Shown: piece after piece, positions 42,096-50,307 of the stretch
How the letters are laid out: each line of letters starts with the position of its first letter
Numbering within the stretch: position 1 is the first letter of the stretch
Source of the DNA: an uncultured bacterium
Lineage (GTDB): Bacteria > Omnitrophota > Omnitrophia > Omnitrophales > Abzuiibacteriaceae
Length of the DNA stretch: 64,000 nt
NCBI GenBank assembly: GCA_964387845.1
Contig: CAYLXA010000004.1
Span: 128,001 to 192,000 of the forward strand
Direction of reading: 5' to 3'
Notes under the pieces: generated by a model
Told to the model about the DNA's origin: nothing
Seen by the model: the letters and a program-made list of their open reading frames with translations, nothing else
The model's database searches: none
Position numbers and translations under genes: made by a program

Positions 42096-43466
42096 CATTT
42101 CCCGAAGGGCTGAGGCGACCTGGGAAAGTGTTTCGCTTGAGGTTGGGTGCGGAAAAACGGTTTCGCTTAAATCTTGAAGCGTGACACCTTTTTTGATCAA
42201 CATTGAGAAAAATCCGATTAATTCCGTTCCATTTCCGCCGACAAGATGAACGCCGAGAATTTTTTGTGTTTTAACATCCGCCACTAATTTTACAAATCCG
42301 TCCATTTCACGTTCTGCCCATGATTTTCCGTTTGAGCCGAGCAACAATTTGTAAGTTTTTGCGCCGCCGCCCGCTTTTTCCTCGGTCAGGCCGATCGACG
42401 CAACCGTCGGATCTGAAAAAATGGCATTGGGGATGAGATTGAAATCCGCTTTTTCTTTTTGATTTGATTTCAGGTTTTTGACAATCAGTTCGGCTTCATA
42501 GATAGACGCATGTGCCAATTTTGGTGCCGGAATCAAATCACCGATGGCATAAACCAACCTAAGGTTGGTCTGAAGATAATCATTTACTTTGACGGATGGC
42601 CCTGAAAACTCAATTCCCAATTCCTGTAAGCCTAAATGGTCTAAGCGCGGCGTCCGTCCGATCAAAACCGCAACTTTTTCGCCCTTTAATTCACCGTGCG
42701 CGGTTGTGACGCGTACAAGCGGCCCCTCCGGTTGAATTTTGAGGACTTGAGCGTTTGTCTGAATTTGAATTCCGCTTTTCTTAAAAATCATTTCGATACG
42801 TTTGCTGACCTCCGAATCTTCAAGGGGGAGAATCCGGTCCAGGGCTTCTAAGATTGTAACTTGCGTGCCAAGCGCGGAATAAAAGGATGCAAATTCAACG
42901 CCAATCGCGCCGCCGCCGATTAAAATAATCGATTTCGGGAGTTCTTCAAGCGCGAGTAAATCATCCGACGATAAAATGGTTTTTCCGTTAAACGGAATGC
43001 CTGCCAGCGGCCGGGGAGCGGAGCCGGTTGCGAGGATAATGTTCGCCGATTCAATTTGTGACGTGCCGGAATCCGACTTGATTTCAATTTGGCCAGCGTC
43101 TTTAAGCCGTGCCGTGCCTTTGATTAAAGAAACTTTGGCCTGCGCAAGCTGCCGCTCGATGTTTTGCCTGAGCGACAGGACAATTTCATTTTTCTGCTTG
43201 ATGATTCTCCGGATGTCGGGGACCGGCTGGAGCGTATTGTCGATTCCAAAAGTATCGGACTTTCTCATCTTGGAGAAAAGCTTGGCCGAAGCAAGCAAAG
43301 CTTTCGACGGGATGCAGCCCCAATTAAGGCAAATGCCGCCCACTTGGTCTTTTTCGATCAGAGCAACCCTGAGGCCTTCGCGCCGTGCGGCCAAAGCTGC
43401 TGCAGTGCCGCCGGGGCCTGCGCCGATGACGGCAATATCAAATTTTTCCATGAAGCGCCTTTTCAA
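42075..43466 (-). CDS. lpdA: dihydrolipoyl dehydrogenase
   Basis: FAD-binding GAGPGG, a redox disulfide GGICLNWGCIPSK and a C-terminal dimerisation domain. Confidence 0.85.
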   Translation of the reverse strand: MKRRFMEKFDIAVIGAGPGGTAAALAARREGLRVALIEKDQVGGICLNWGCIPSKALLASAKLFSKMRKSDTFGIDNTLQPVPDIRRIIKQKNEIVLSLRQNIERQLAQAKVSLIKGTARLKDAGQIEIKSDSGTSQIESANIILATGSAPRPLAGIPFNGKTILSSDDLLALEELPKSIILIGGGAIGVEFASFYSALGTQVTILEALDRILPLEDSEVSKRIEMIFKKSGIQIQTNAQVLKIQPEGPLVRVTTAHGELKGEKVAVLIGRTPRLDHLGLQELGIEFSGPSVKVNDYLQTNLRLVYAIGDLIPAPKLAHASIYEAELIVKNLKSNQKEKADFNLIPNAIFSDPTVASIGLTEEKAGGGAKTYKLLLGSNGKSWAEREMDGFVKLVADVKTQKILGVHLVGGNGTELIGFFSMLIKKGVTLQDLSETVFPHPTSSETLSQVASALREMLKDGKL

Positions 43467-44136
43467 TTAAAACTTTTGGAATCGAGATATCGGCAATTTT
43501 GATTTTTCCGGCATGCGCAGGGCCTTCATTGACATACAAACCCGGCTTGAGGGCTGCCAGCGTAACCGTTGTGTGCGCGCGGATGCATTTTCCCATCACA
43601 TTACCGGTGTCGGCATGAAGGCCGGAAGGTAGATCAATGGATAAGACGCGTTTTTTTGCTTTATTCACAAGATCAACCAACGAAATATAAGGCTCTTCCA
43701 GATTTCTGCTCAACCCCACACCAAAAAGCGCATCAATAATGAGCTTGGAAGATTTTAAGTCTTTCATAAAATTTTTCATCAAATCCGCATCAAATAATTT
43801 GAACGGAATACCCATCGCCGTCATCATTTGATAATTGGCGACCGTATCCGGCTTAAACCGCTCCGGCCTTCCGATGATCCAGATGTTGACCGAAACCCCG
43901 GCATTGGTCAAGTGGCGTGCAGCGGCAAAGCCATCACCGCCATTGTTGCCGGAGCCGCACAAGATCAGCACAGAGCCTTTCTTGCTCATTATTTTTTTCG
44001 CCTCCTCAGCAACGGAACGCCCCGCATTTTCCATTAACAAAAGCGTCGGAATTTTAAATTGCGCGGAGGTTATTTGGTCCAATTTCATGATTGTGCTTGC
44101 CGAAAGCGCAGCCGGCTTGGATTTGCGTTTCATCAA
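43438..44136 (-). CDS. NAD(P)H-hydrate epimerase (YjeF N-terminal domain)
   Basis: A YjeF_N signature (LCGSGNNGGDG). 232 aa, overlapping the lpdA start. Confidence 0.75.
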   Translation of the reverse strand: MMKRKSKPAALSASTIMKLDQITSAQFKIPTLLLMENAGRSVAEEAKKIMSKKGSVLILCGSGNNGGDGFAAARHLTNAGVSVNIWIIGRPERFKPDTVANYQMMTAMGIPFKLFDADLMKNFMKDLKSSKLIIDALFGVGLSRNLEEPYISLVDLVNKAKKRVLSIDLPSGLHADTGNVMGKCIRAHTTVTLAALKPGLYVNEGPAHAGKIKIADISIPKVLIEKALHGKI

Positions 44137-45509
44137 GCAGCCGCAATGAGTTCGCCGATCAAAGTTTTATTCCGGACGGATCTGATTTGGATGTGCTGCC
44201 GTGTGCCGGCCAGCTCTGATGCGCCGTTAAAAACCACGTGGCGCTCGTGCTGGGTCTGGCCAATCATCTGGAGTTCGTCTTTTCGGCTGATGTGACTGAC
44301 CAGTACGCTTTCTCGGGACCCGATCAGCTGCTCGTAATGCTTTTTCGTGATCTCATCCTGAATTGCCAGTAATTCGACATTTCGCTTATTTTTAATATCT
44401 TTCGGCACGTCATCTCTCAATTTATAAGCCGGGGTTCCGGGGCGCGGTGAATATTGAAAAATAAAAGCGCCGTCAAACTCGATTTCACGCACTGCGCGTT
44501 TGGTGGCTTCAAAATCTTCTTCCGTTTCACCGCAAAAGCCGACAATAATGTCGGTTGTGAGTGAAATATCGGGAACAAGTTCGCGAAAGCGGTCGACTTT
44601 GGCTTTAAATTCCGCGTACCGGTGAAGCCGTTTCATTCGTTTTAAAATTGCGTCCGAACCCGATTGCAGGGGAAGGTGAAAGCGTCTAGAAACTTTTTTG
44701 CAGTCGCGGATGGCTTGAAACAGTTCTTCGTGCGCATCTTCCGGATGCGACGTTGTGAATGAAATCAATTCGATTCCTTCAATATCATTCAGCATGCGGA
44801 GAAGTTCGGGAAAAGCCGGACTGTTCGGCAAATCCTTGCCGTATGAATTCACGTTTTGTCCCAGGAGCGTAATTTGTTTATAGCCTTGTTCGGCAAGCCG
44901 GACCGCTTCTCTATAAACCTCCCGAGCTGGCATCGATACTTCAGGCCCGCGCGTTGTTGGGACTATGCAGTAAGTGCAAACTTTGTTGCATCCTGTCATG
45001 ATCGGAAGCCAGGCATTGATTCCATCGCCATATTTGGTGAGCTCCGAATATTCAATCCCCAGACCTTCTTTTTTGATGCGCGCGGTTTGTTGGCGGGTTT
45101 TTCGGACAGTTTCCACGATTTCCGGAAGCTCTTTAATATTCCGAGTTCCGCAGAGAAAATCAAGATGAGGAAATTTTTTAAATAACTTTTCTTTATGTTC
45201 TTCCGCCATGCAGCCCATGAGGCCGACGATCAGATCGGGTTTTTGTTCGGCTTTAAAATCGCGGAGCTCATAGAGATGGCCATAAACGCGGGTTTCCGCA
45301 TGTTCGCGAACCGAGCAGGTATTTAATATGAAGACATCCGAATCTTGATAGGGGTTGGCAGTTTCTTTAATGATCTGAAAGCCGGCATTCTCAAGCGTGC
45401 CCAAGGCGACGTCAGAATCATAAAAGTTCATCTGACATCCGAAGGTCTTAATAAACACGACTGGTTTTTTATCAGTAGATGGCCGTGTTTCTTGCTTTTC
45501 CTGTTCCAA
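44133..45509 (-). CDS. miaB: tRNA-2-methylthio-N6-dimethylallyladenosine synthase
   Basis: An MTTase N-terminal cluster (FGCQMN), a radical-SAM CxxxCxxC (CTYC) and a TRAM domain. It uses an apparent TTG start at 45507-45509 with a strong SD (aaggagg) 5 nt upstream, and that start lies inside the recombinase ORF. Confidence 0.85.
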   Translation of the reverse strand: MEQEKQETRPSTDKKPVVFIKTFGCQMNFYDSDVALGTLENAGFQIIKETANPYQDSDVFILNTCSVREHAETRVYGHLYELRDFKAEQKPDLIVGLMGCMAEEHKEKLFKKFPHLDFLCGTRNIKELPEIVETVRKTRQQTARIKKEGLGIEYSELTKYGDGINAWLPIMTGCNKVCTYCIVPTTRGPEVSMPAREVYREAVRLAEQGYKQITLLGQNVNSYGKDLPNSPAFPELLRMLNDIEGIELISFTTSHPEDAHEELFQAIRDCKKVSRRFHLPLQSGSDAILKRMKRLHRYAEFKAKVDRFRELVPDISLTTDIIVGFCGETEEDFEATKRAVREIEFDGAFIFQYSPRPGTPAYKLRDDVPKDIKNKRNVELLAIQDEITKKHYEQLIGSRESVLVSHISRKDELQMIGQTQHERHVVFNGASELAGTRQHIQIRSVRNKTLIGELIAAA

Positions 45510-47149
45510 GTTTCCTCCTTTCTGCCGGTTTTCTCGTTTGCTCTTCGGTTGGCTAACGCATTTTGATACATGGAGCGAAAAGGTTCATAAAGTTCAAACT
45601 TTTCGATTGATCGATTTTCCACTGGAAGCCTTTTAAAAATGAGCATTAAGAATTCTTTTCGGCTGGCCGGATGTAGATTTTCTTTTACAGATTGCGTAGA
45701 TTTTACGATTTCTTGCGCTTTTTTGACATATTCTTTGGACTTTTCTTTTTCGACTAGCCGGAGTTCCATGCGTTCGACCTTAATGCGAAGTTCACCCTCC
45801 TCATTGCGCAGTTTTTGCATTTTTTGCTTGAAGATGCCGCGATTAATGGTTCCTTCCAAATAAACATCCGTGAGGTCGCTTTGTTTTTGAAGGTATGCTT
45901 GCAAATCTTTTCGCATTGCTTCAAGTTCGTACGTTGCTTCACCAGTCGCTCTATTTCGATATTGGTCTGCTACAAGATTCCGAAGCCGTTCCGTAGTAAC
46001 TTCCTTAGCCGAAAAAAGGACATCCAGAACTTCAAAAACCTGTGATTCCAATATCTCTGACCGCACGTCACCGTTGTGGCATTTGATATTGTAAAGGGCT
46101 CTGCCAGAACAGCGGTAATAAGGTCTCTTTTCGCCGGTTCTGTGATTTTTAACATTGGAAATGCCATTGTAGCGGTTTCCGCACTTGGCGCAGGTGATTA
46201 CACCGGATAGCGGATAGTCGCGGACGCGTCGACGCACAAATCGTCCTTTTCGATTTTGGTCTAAGAGTGCTTGAACTTGATAAAAAATTTCTTCAGAAAC
46301 AATCGCCCAATGATTTCCAGTGGCTTCGATGATTTTGGACGGGTCATTCTTGACATAGCGATAACCATGAAGCGTTTTTTGTTTTCGGTCGTAATGGTGA
46401 GCATTCCAAACTAGTTTTCCAATGTAAATCTTATTTCGAAGCATCTTCCGAACGAGAGAACTATTGAACAAACCGCCTGATCGAGTTTTAATTTCACGTT
46501 TGTAAAGTTCACCGCCAATTTTCTGTGTGGAAAGGCCTGAAAGATACTTCTCGAAGATTTCTTTGACGAGTTTTGCTTCTTCTTCAACGATTTCAAGACG
46601 TTTTGTCGTTTTATCGTAATGGTAACCGTAAGGTGCATAACGGGCGCCTTGCCAATGTCCTTCTTGCACGCCGCGGACCATTCCTGGGAACACGCGTTCA
46701 ATAATCCGGTTTCGCTCAAATTCGGCAAAACTTCCAAGCTGTTGAAGCATGAGTTTGCCGGAGCTTGAGGTAGTATCATAGGGCTCTGTTGCGGATTTAA
46801 ATTCAATATCAAGATTTTCGAGTTCATCCAAGAGGTTCAAAAGGTCTTTCAGACGGCGGCTAAAACGGTCTAGTTTATAAACTAAAACTAAATCAAACTT
46901 CCTTGCTCTCGCGTCTTCCAAAAGTTGATTGAGAGCAGGGCGGTCAAGTGAATAACCGCTATAACCATCGTCTTCGTAAATTTTATTCTTGTCGTCCAGA
47001 AAATGAATTTGCCAATCTTGCTTCTTAGAAAATTCGATAAGAGAATCTCGCTGGATATCCAGAGAATAGCCTTCCCGCGCCTGATCTTCTGTGCTCACGC
47101 GCGTGTAAAGGGCTACTTGGATTTGTTTTTTATCGCTTGAATTGTTCAT
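45428..47149 (-). CDS. large serine recombinase (serine integrase)
   Basis: An N-terminal resolvase catalytic domain (YTRVSTEDQ, with the nucleophile Ser), a recombinase domain, a Cys-rich zinc-ribbon region (CAKCG...YRCSGR...CHN) and a coiled-coil C-terminal region. 573 aa. Confidence 0.9.
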   Translation of the reverse strand: MNNSSDKKQIQVALYTRVSTEDQAREGYSLDIQRDSLIEFSKKQDWQIHFLDDKNKIYEDDGYSGYSLDRPALNQLLEDARARKFDLVLVYKLDRFSRRLKDLLNLLDELENLDIEFKSATEPYDTTSSSGKLMLQQLGSFAEFERNRIIERVFPGMVRGVQEGHWQGARYAPYGYHYDKTTKRLEIVEEEAKLVKEIFEKYLSGLSTQKIGGELYKREIKTRSGGLFNSSLVRKMLRNKIYIGKLVWNAHHYDRKQKTLHGYRYVKNDPSKIIEATGNHWAIVSEEIFYQVQALLDQNRKGRFVRRRVRDYPLSGVITCAKCGNRYNGISNVKNHRTGEKRPYYRCSGRALYNIKCHNGDVRSEILESQVFEVLDVLFSAKEVTTERLRNLVADQYRNRATGEATYELEAMRKDLQAYLQKQSDLTDVYLEGTINRGIFKQKMQKLRNEEGELRIKVERMELRLVEKEKSKEYVKKAQEIVKSTQSVKENLHPASRKEFLMLIFKRLPVENRSIEKFELYEPFRSMYQNALANRRANEKTGRKEETWNRKSKKHGHLLIKNQSCLLRPSDVR

Positions 47150-47425
47150 TTATCTCCGTCTTGAATGAATGGGCAATATTATACATAAAATTATCAGAAT
47201 TACCTGCAATAATTACATGGGTCTTCTTGCGTTTTTGTTATCTTGTTCGATCTCTTTTTGTTTTAATGTTTGTTGCAAACGAGCGCGATCTGCTTGAAGC
47301 AAAATCGTAAAAAATCGGCGCAGCCGGTATTTTTGTTCGTTATCTTCGACGGGTGTTTTGTTTTGAATTTGTATTTGACCTAACTTATTTTTCAGATAGA
47401 GGACCTCCTTTCTGGTTTATTAATT

Positions 47426-48379
47426 TTAATCATTGGAATCGTCATCCCCCTGACCGTCAATTGGGCTCATATTGGCATCGACTTCTTCTTCGCCCCCGCT
47501 GGAATATGGGTCTAGAAAATCGTCGTGATCTTCGTCGGAGTTATGGGGCTTCGGAATCGAAATATACGGCTTGCTCGGTTTCCACTTATTTTTGTCCTTA
47601 GGAACAAAGAAATCCTCAAACCACGCAGGATCAATTTCCTTCAAATCTGTCTTGGTGGATTCTCTAATCAATTGTTTCACGGGAAGCCCGTCTGAACCTG
47701 AAAAGAAAACTGCATCTTTTCTATCCTTCATCAAAGCCTCAAACGTGATGAAGAAAAAACGGTTTGTGGGGTCATGCTTCTTTCTCACTCTTGAAATAAA
47801 CGACTCCGAGCGGCAGATATAAAGCACCGCGTCAAACTTATCGCTGTCATCGTATTGGCTAAAAATACTCTTGTATCTGGCCAGTCTTTTTTCTGTCCGT
47901 TCGTATTCAATGGCATAGAGAGCCTTTTGAGTCATCAAAAACGCATCCGGCACAGAGCCTCTGGGCCTGAATGAGCGGATCACACGTTCTGGAAACCAAG
48001 TCTCAACCCCCAATTCGTAAAAGAGAACCCGGATGTCGGTTAACGCCTTGTCATGCCCAAAATTAGCAAATGCTCTATCCCTTGATATCTTGAGCGCGTA
48101 TTTTGAACCCTGAGACCTGAGCAGTAAAAACGATTTCTGGGTTGGAATATAGATATCCCTTGCTTCGGTGTAGACCTTTTTCTTGGCAATGTATCCCGCT
48201 TTCATCAATTTCAAGATTCTTCTATAACAAGCTCTCTTAGGATTGCAATCTTCAAAGAACACCCTCCCAATCTGATCCAACGTCATAAACTTCATGTGGA
48301 CTAACCACATCAAGAGCTCACTATCTCTCGAATTTAACTGCATGATAAAAATACTCCTTTCTAAAAGAATTACTTTCAC
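47426..48379 (-). CDS. replication-relaxation family protein (plasmid Rep-like)
   Basis: A 317-aa protein with an N-terminal winged-helix-like region and an acidic C-terminal tail. The family assignment is by resemblance, at moderate confidence. It has an apparent GTG start, it is co-oriented with the recombinase, and the repeat-rich non-coding DNA is on its upstream side. Confidence 0.5.
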   Translation of the reverse strand: MKVILLERSIFIMQLNSRDSELLMWLVHMKFMTLDQIGRVFFEDCNPKRACYRRILKLMKAGYIAKKKVYTEARDIYIPTQKSFLLLRSQGSKYALKISRDRAFANFGHDKALTDIRVLFYELGVETWFPERVIRSFRPRGSVPDAFLMTQKALYAIEYERTEKRLARYKSIFSQYDDSDKFDAVLYICRSESFISRVRKKHDPTNRFFFITFEALMKDRKDAVFFSGSDGLPVKQLIRESTKTDLKEIDPAWFEDFFVPKDKNKWKPSKPYISIPKPHNSDEDHDDFLDPYSSGGEEEVDANMSPIDGQGDDDSND

Positions 48380-48399
48380 TGACGAGCACTAGATACAAA

Positions 48400-48472
48400 C
48401 TTTTCCCGACTACTCAATCTCACAAACTCAATCCAAAATAAACCATGGAAGAGAGTGAGTAGTCGGGAAAAG
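48400..48472. repeat. 17-bp perfect inverted repeat (cttttcccgactactca / tgagtagtcgggaaaag) with a 39-bp spacer, just upstream of the rep-relaxation gene
   Basis: Read directly from the sequence. Confidence 0.8.
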
Positions 48473-48584
48473 AAAATGCGCCGAATTGCGAGGCAGTGAA
48501 AGCGCTTACAAAAAATTGCTTAGGGAAACTCAATTTCCCAACCACTTTCCCCAACCAAAAGTGCACCAAAGAACAAAAACACCT

Positions 48585-49030
48585 CTCATTGATGTTGTGC
48601 AAAAACAGGCATTTCGTAACAAAGAAATCCAAAATTCCAGATAAAAAATATTTTTCATGCCCCTTCACCTAAAAAACCAACAAGTCCCCCCATATATAGG
48701 GGGCCAAAAATGGGGGTCTCGCAGAGATTTGCGAAAATATTTTCAATTCCACCTAAAAATAGTTTGAATCCCAACCCTCCGTTCTCAATCACCTAAAACC
48801 CTAAAAGTCCTCCCATTGATGTTGTGCAAAAACAGCACTTTCGACGACAAGAAAATTCAATTAACAGATGGAAAAATATTTTTTATACATTTTTTCTGAG
48901 ACTTTTTAGGTAATCACTTAAAAAAACAACAAGTGCTCCCTATATAAAGGTGCAAAAACAGGGTGTTTTGGTAGAAAATCACGAAAATAGTTTGATCTTC
49001 ACCTAAAATTTTAATTTTAGTCTTTTTTTC
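48585..49030. repeat. two imperfect tandem repeats of about 226 bp containing reiterated cacctaaaa motifs and a 17-bp perfect palindrome (cccccatatataggggg, 48686-48702)
   Basis: The units begin at about 48585 and 48811 (attgatgttgtgcaaaaacag at 48588 and 48814). The cacctaaaa motifs start at about 48666, 48749, 48789 and 48999. Confidence 0.7.
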
Positions 49031-49282
49031 CTGTTTTACATTTGGATCGTAATTTCTCACATAGTGTGTGGCTTAGGCCTATTTCCTCTTGAGTCTTCAC
49101 GATTTTATTGTGAAAGCTCGTGGTTTCGATACCACCAGCTCATACCACCATGTTTAATTTGCTCATTGACCTGGAAAATGATTGAAGATTGAGAGTCGTT
49201 TAACCGCAATCTGGACACCGATCAAGCTTTTGACCTATCACATGGTCAGTCACTTCGGTGCTGGACAGGTTACTAATTTTTT

Positions 49283-49471
49283 TCAACGTTTTTTGCGTTT
49301 CTTTCTCGGCTCTCTCACTGCGGCTGATTCGATCTTCTGAAGGAGATCTTCATTTTCCTGTTCAACTTGTTTCAGCGCCTCACGTAGCCTGAGCATTTCC
49401 TCGATAAGATCATCTTTGGATTCTTCTTGAAGAAAAATTCTATCCCCGTGAAATGGGTTGGCGGCCGTCAT
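49283..49471 (-). CDS. small hypothetical protein (62 aa; coiled-coil with basic C-terminal tail RKKRKKR)
   Basis: An ORF with no convincing SD. Its position at the distal end of the element suggests a small DNA-binding or partition-like protein, but this is weak. Confidence 0.3.
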   Translation of the reverse strand: MTAANPFHGDRIFLQEESKDDLIEEMLRLREALKQVEQENEDLLQKIESAAVREPRKKRKKR

Positions 49472-49573
49472 CGCAGATGTAGGGTCTTAGAAAAAGAATT
49501 AAGATGATTTGTTAGGATTCGCTAAAGGATTGCGTGCGATAAAAACCTGTTGCTTTTTATGATCAGGAGTGTT

Positions 49574-49594
49574 ATATTTCGTATAACGAAATAT
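49574..49594 (+). promoter_or_regulatory. putative MarR operator: 9-bp inverted repeat atatttcgt-ata-acgaaatat followed by ttcgtataat (-10-like) upstream of marR
   Basis: The palindrome overlaps a TATAAT-like box 20-30 nt upstream of the MarR start. Confidence 0.4.
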
Positions 49595-49622
49595 TCGTAT
49601 AATAAAATATATGGGGAGATTT

Positions 49623-50102
49623 ATGAAATTGTTTACCCTGGAAGCTTTTGGAGACCGGATGATTGAGCTGTTCCCGCAGCTGATGCGGGAGATCTCGCAG
49701 TATGAGACTAATTATCTGACCGAAGGAGTGATTACGGTTCCGCAGGTCTGGGTCTTGGATTTTCTGAAAGATGGAAAGTCTGCCCAGATGAACGAACTCG
49801 CCGCGTACATGAAACTTAAGTTTTCGTCCGCGACAGGCCTTGTTGACCGCATGGTCAAGCACCAGCTTGTAAAGCGCGTCCGGAGCGAGACCGACCGGCG
49901 GGTCGTGCTAATATCCATCACTTCCAAAGGTAAGAAAATTTTGCAGGAAATATACAAGCAAAAGCGCAAGGGAATTATGCGATTATTCGGCCGGTTAGGT
50001 TCCGAAGACCGCATGCAGTATATGGAACTTATCGAAAAGCTTGTAAAAGATCTTTCCTCCACCCCTTCTCAGGAAAACCGTTATGCCGACCGTCATCATT
50101 GA
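49623..50102 (+). CDS. MarR family transcriptional regulator
   Basis: A winged-helix MarR fold pattern. The start is at the second ATG (MKLF), which has a ggggaga SD. Confidence 0.8.
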   Translation: MKLFTLEAFGDRMIELFPQLMREISQYETNYLTEGVITVPQVWVLDFLKDGKSAQMNELAAYMKLKFSSATGLVDRMVKHQLVKRVRSETDRRVVLISITSKGKKILQEIYKQKRKGIMRLFGRLGSEDRMQYMELIEKLVKDLSSTPSQENRYADRHH

Positions 50103-50307
50103 AGGCCCCCGATTAAGTTTGGAGGGTAAAAAGGAACTGGTTCAGAAACTGGCCCCGCTCGCGGCTCATGTTTATGACTGGAAAGTTGAAGATGTGGTCG
50201 TGATCATCCGAGAGAATGCGGATGAAAATGTGGCTCGCGGAGGCGTTTTGTTATCGGAGCGGAAAGATCGTGGAATGCAGGCTGTCCATAAAAAGGGGCC
50301 TCAATGA
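50083..50307 (+). CDS. tautomerase superfamily protein (4-oxalocrotonate tautomerase-like, Pro-1)
   Basis: It begins MPTVIIEG and is about 74 aa. It is translationally coupled, overlapping marR by 20 nt and tolC by 4 nt. Confidence 0.6.
   Translation: MPTVIIEGPRLSLEGKKELVQKLAPLAAHVYDWKVEDVVVIIRENADENVARGGVLLSERKDRGMQAVHKKGPQ

Larger units (their letters stand above)
45428..49600. mobile_element. putative integrated element (core about 4.2 kb): large serine recombinase, replication-relaxation protein, ori-like tandem repeats, and a small ORF. The far boundary is uncertain and may extend to about 57.65 kb.
   Basis: The recombinase 3' end overlaps the miaB start by 82 bp. The 47.15-49.6 kb segment is markedly AT-rich relative to its flanks. 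No att sites could be delimited by eye. Confidence 0.55.

Noticed and set aside
48400-49100. Possible CRISPR array in the repeat-rich region upstream of the Rep-like gene
   Set aside because: Only two units are present, with a period of about 226 bp. The repeats are long and imperfect, not 24-48-bp repeats with unique spacers, and there are no cas genes.
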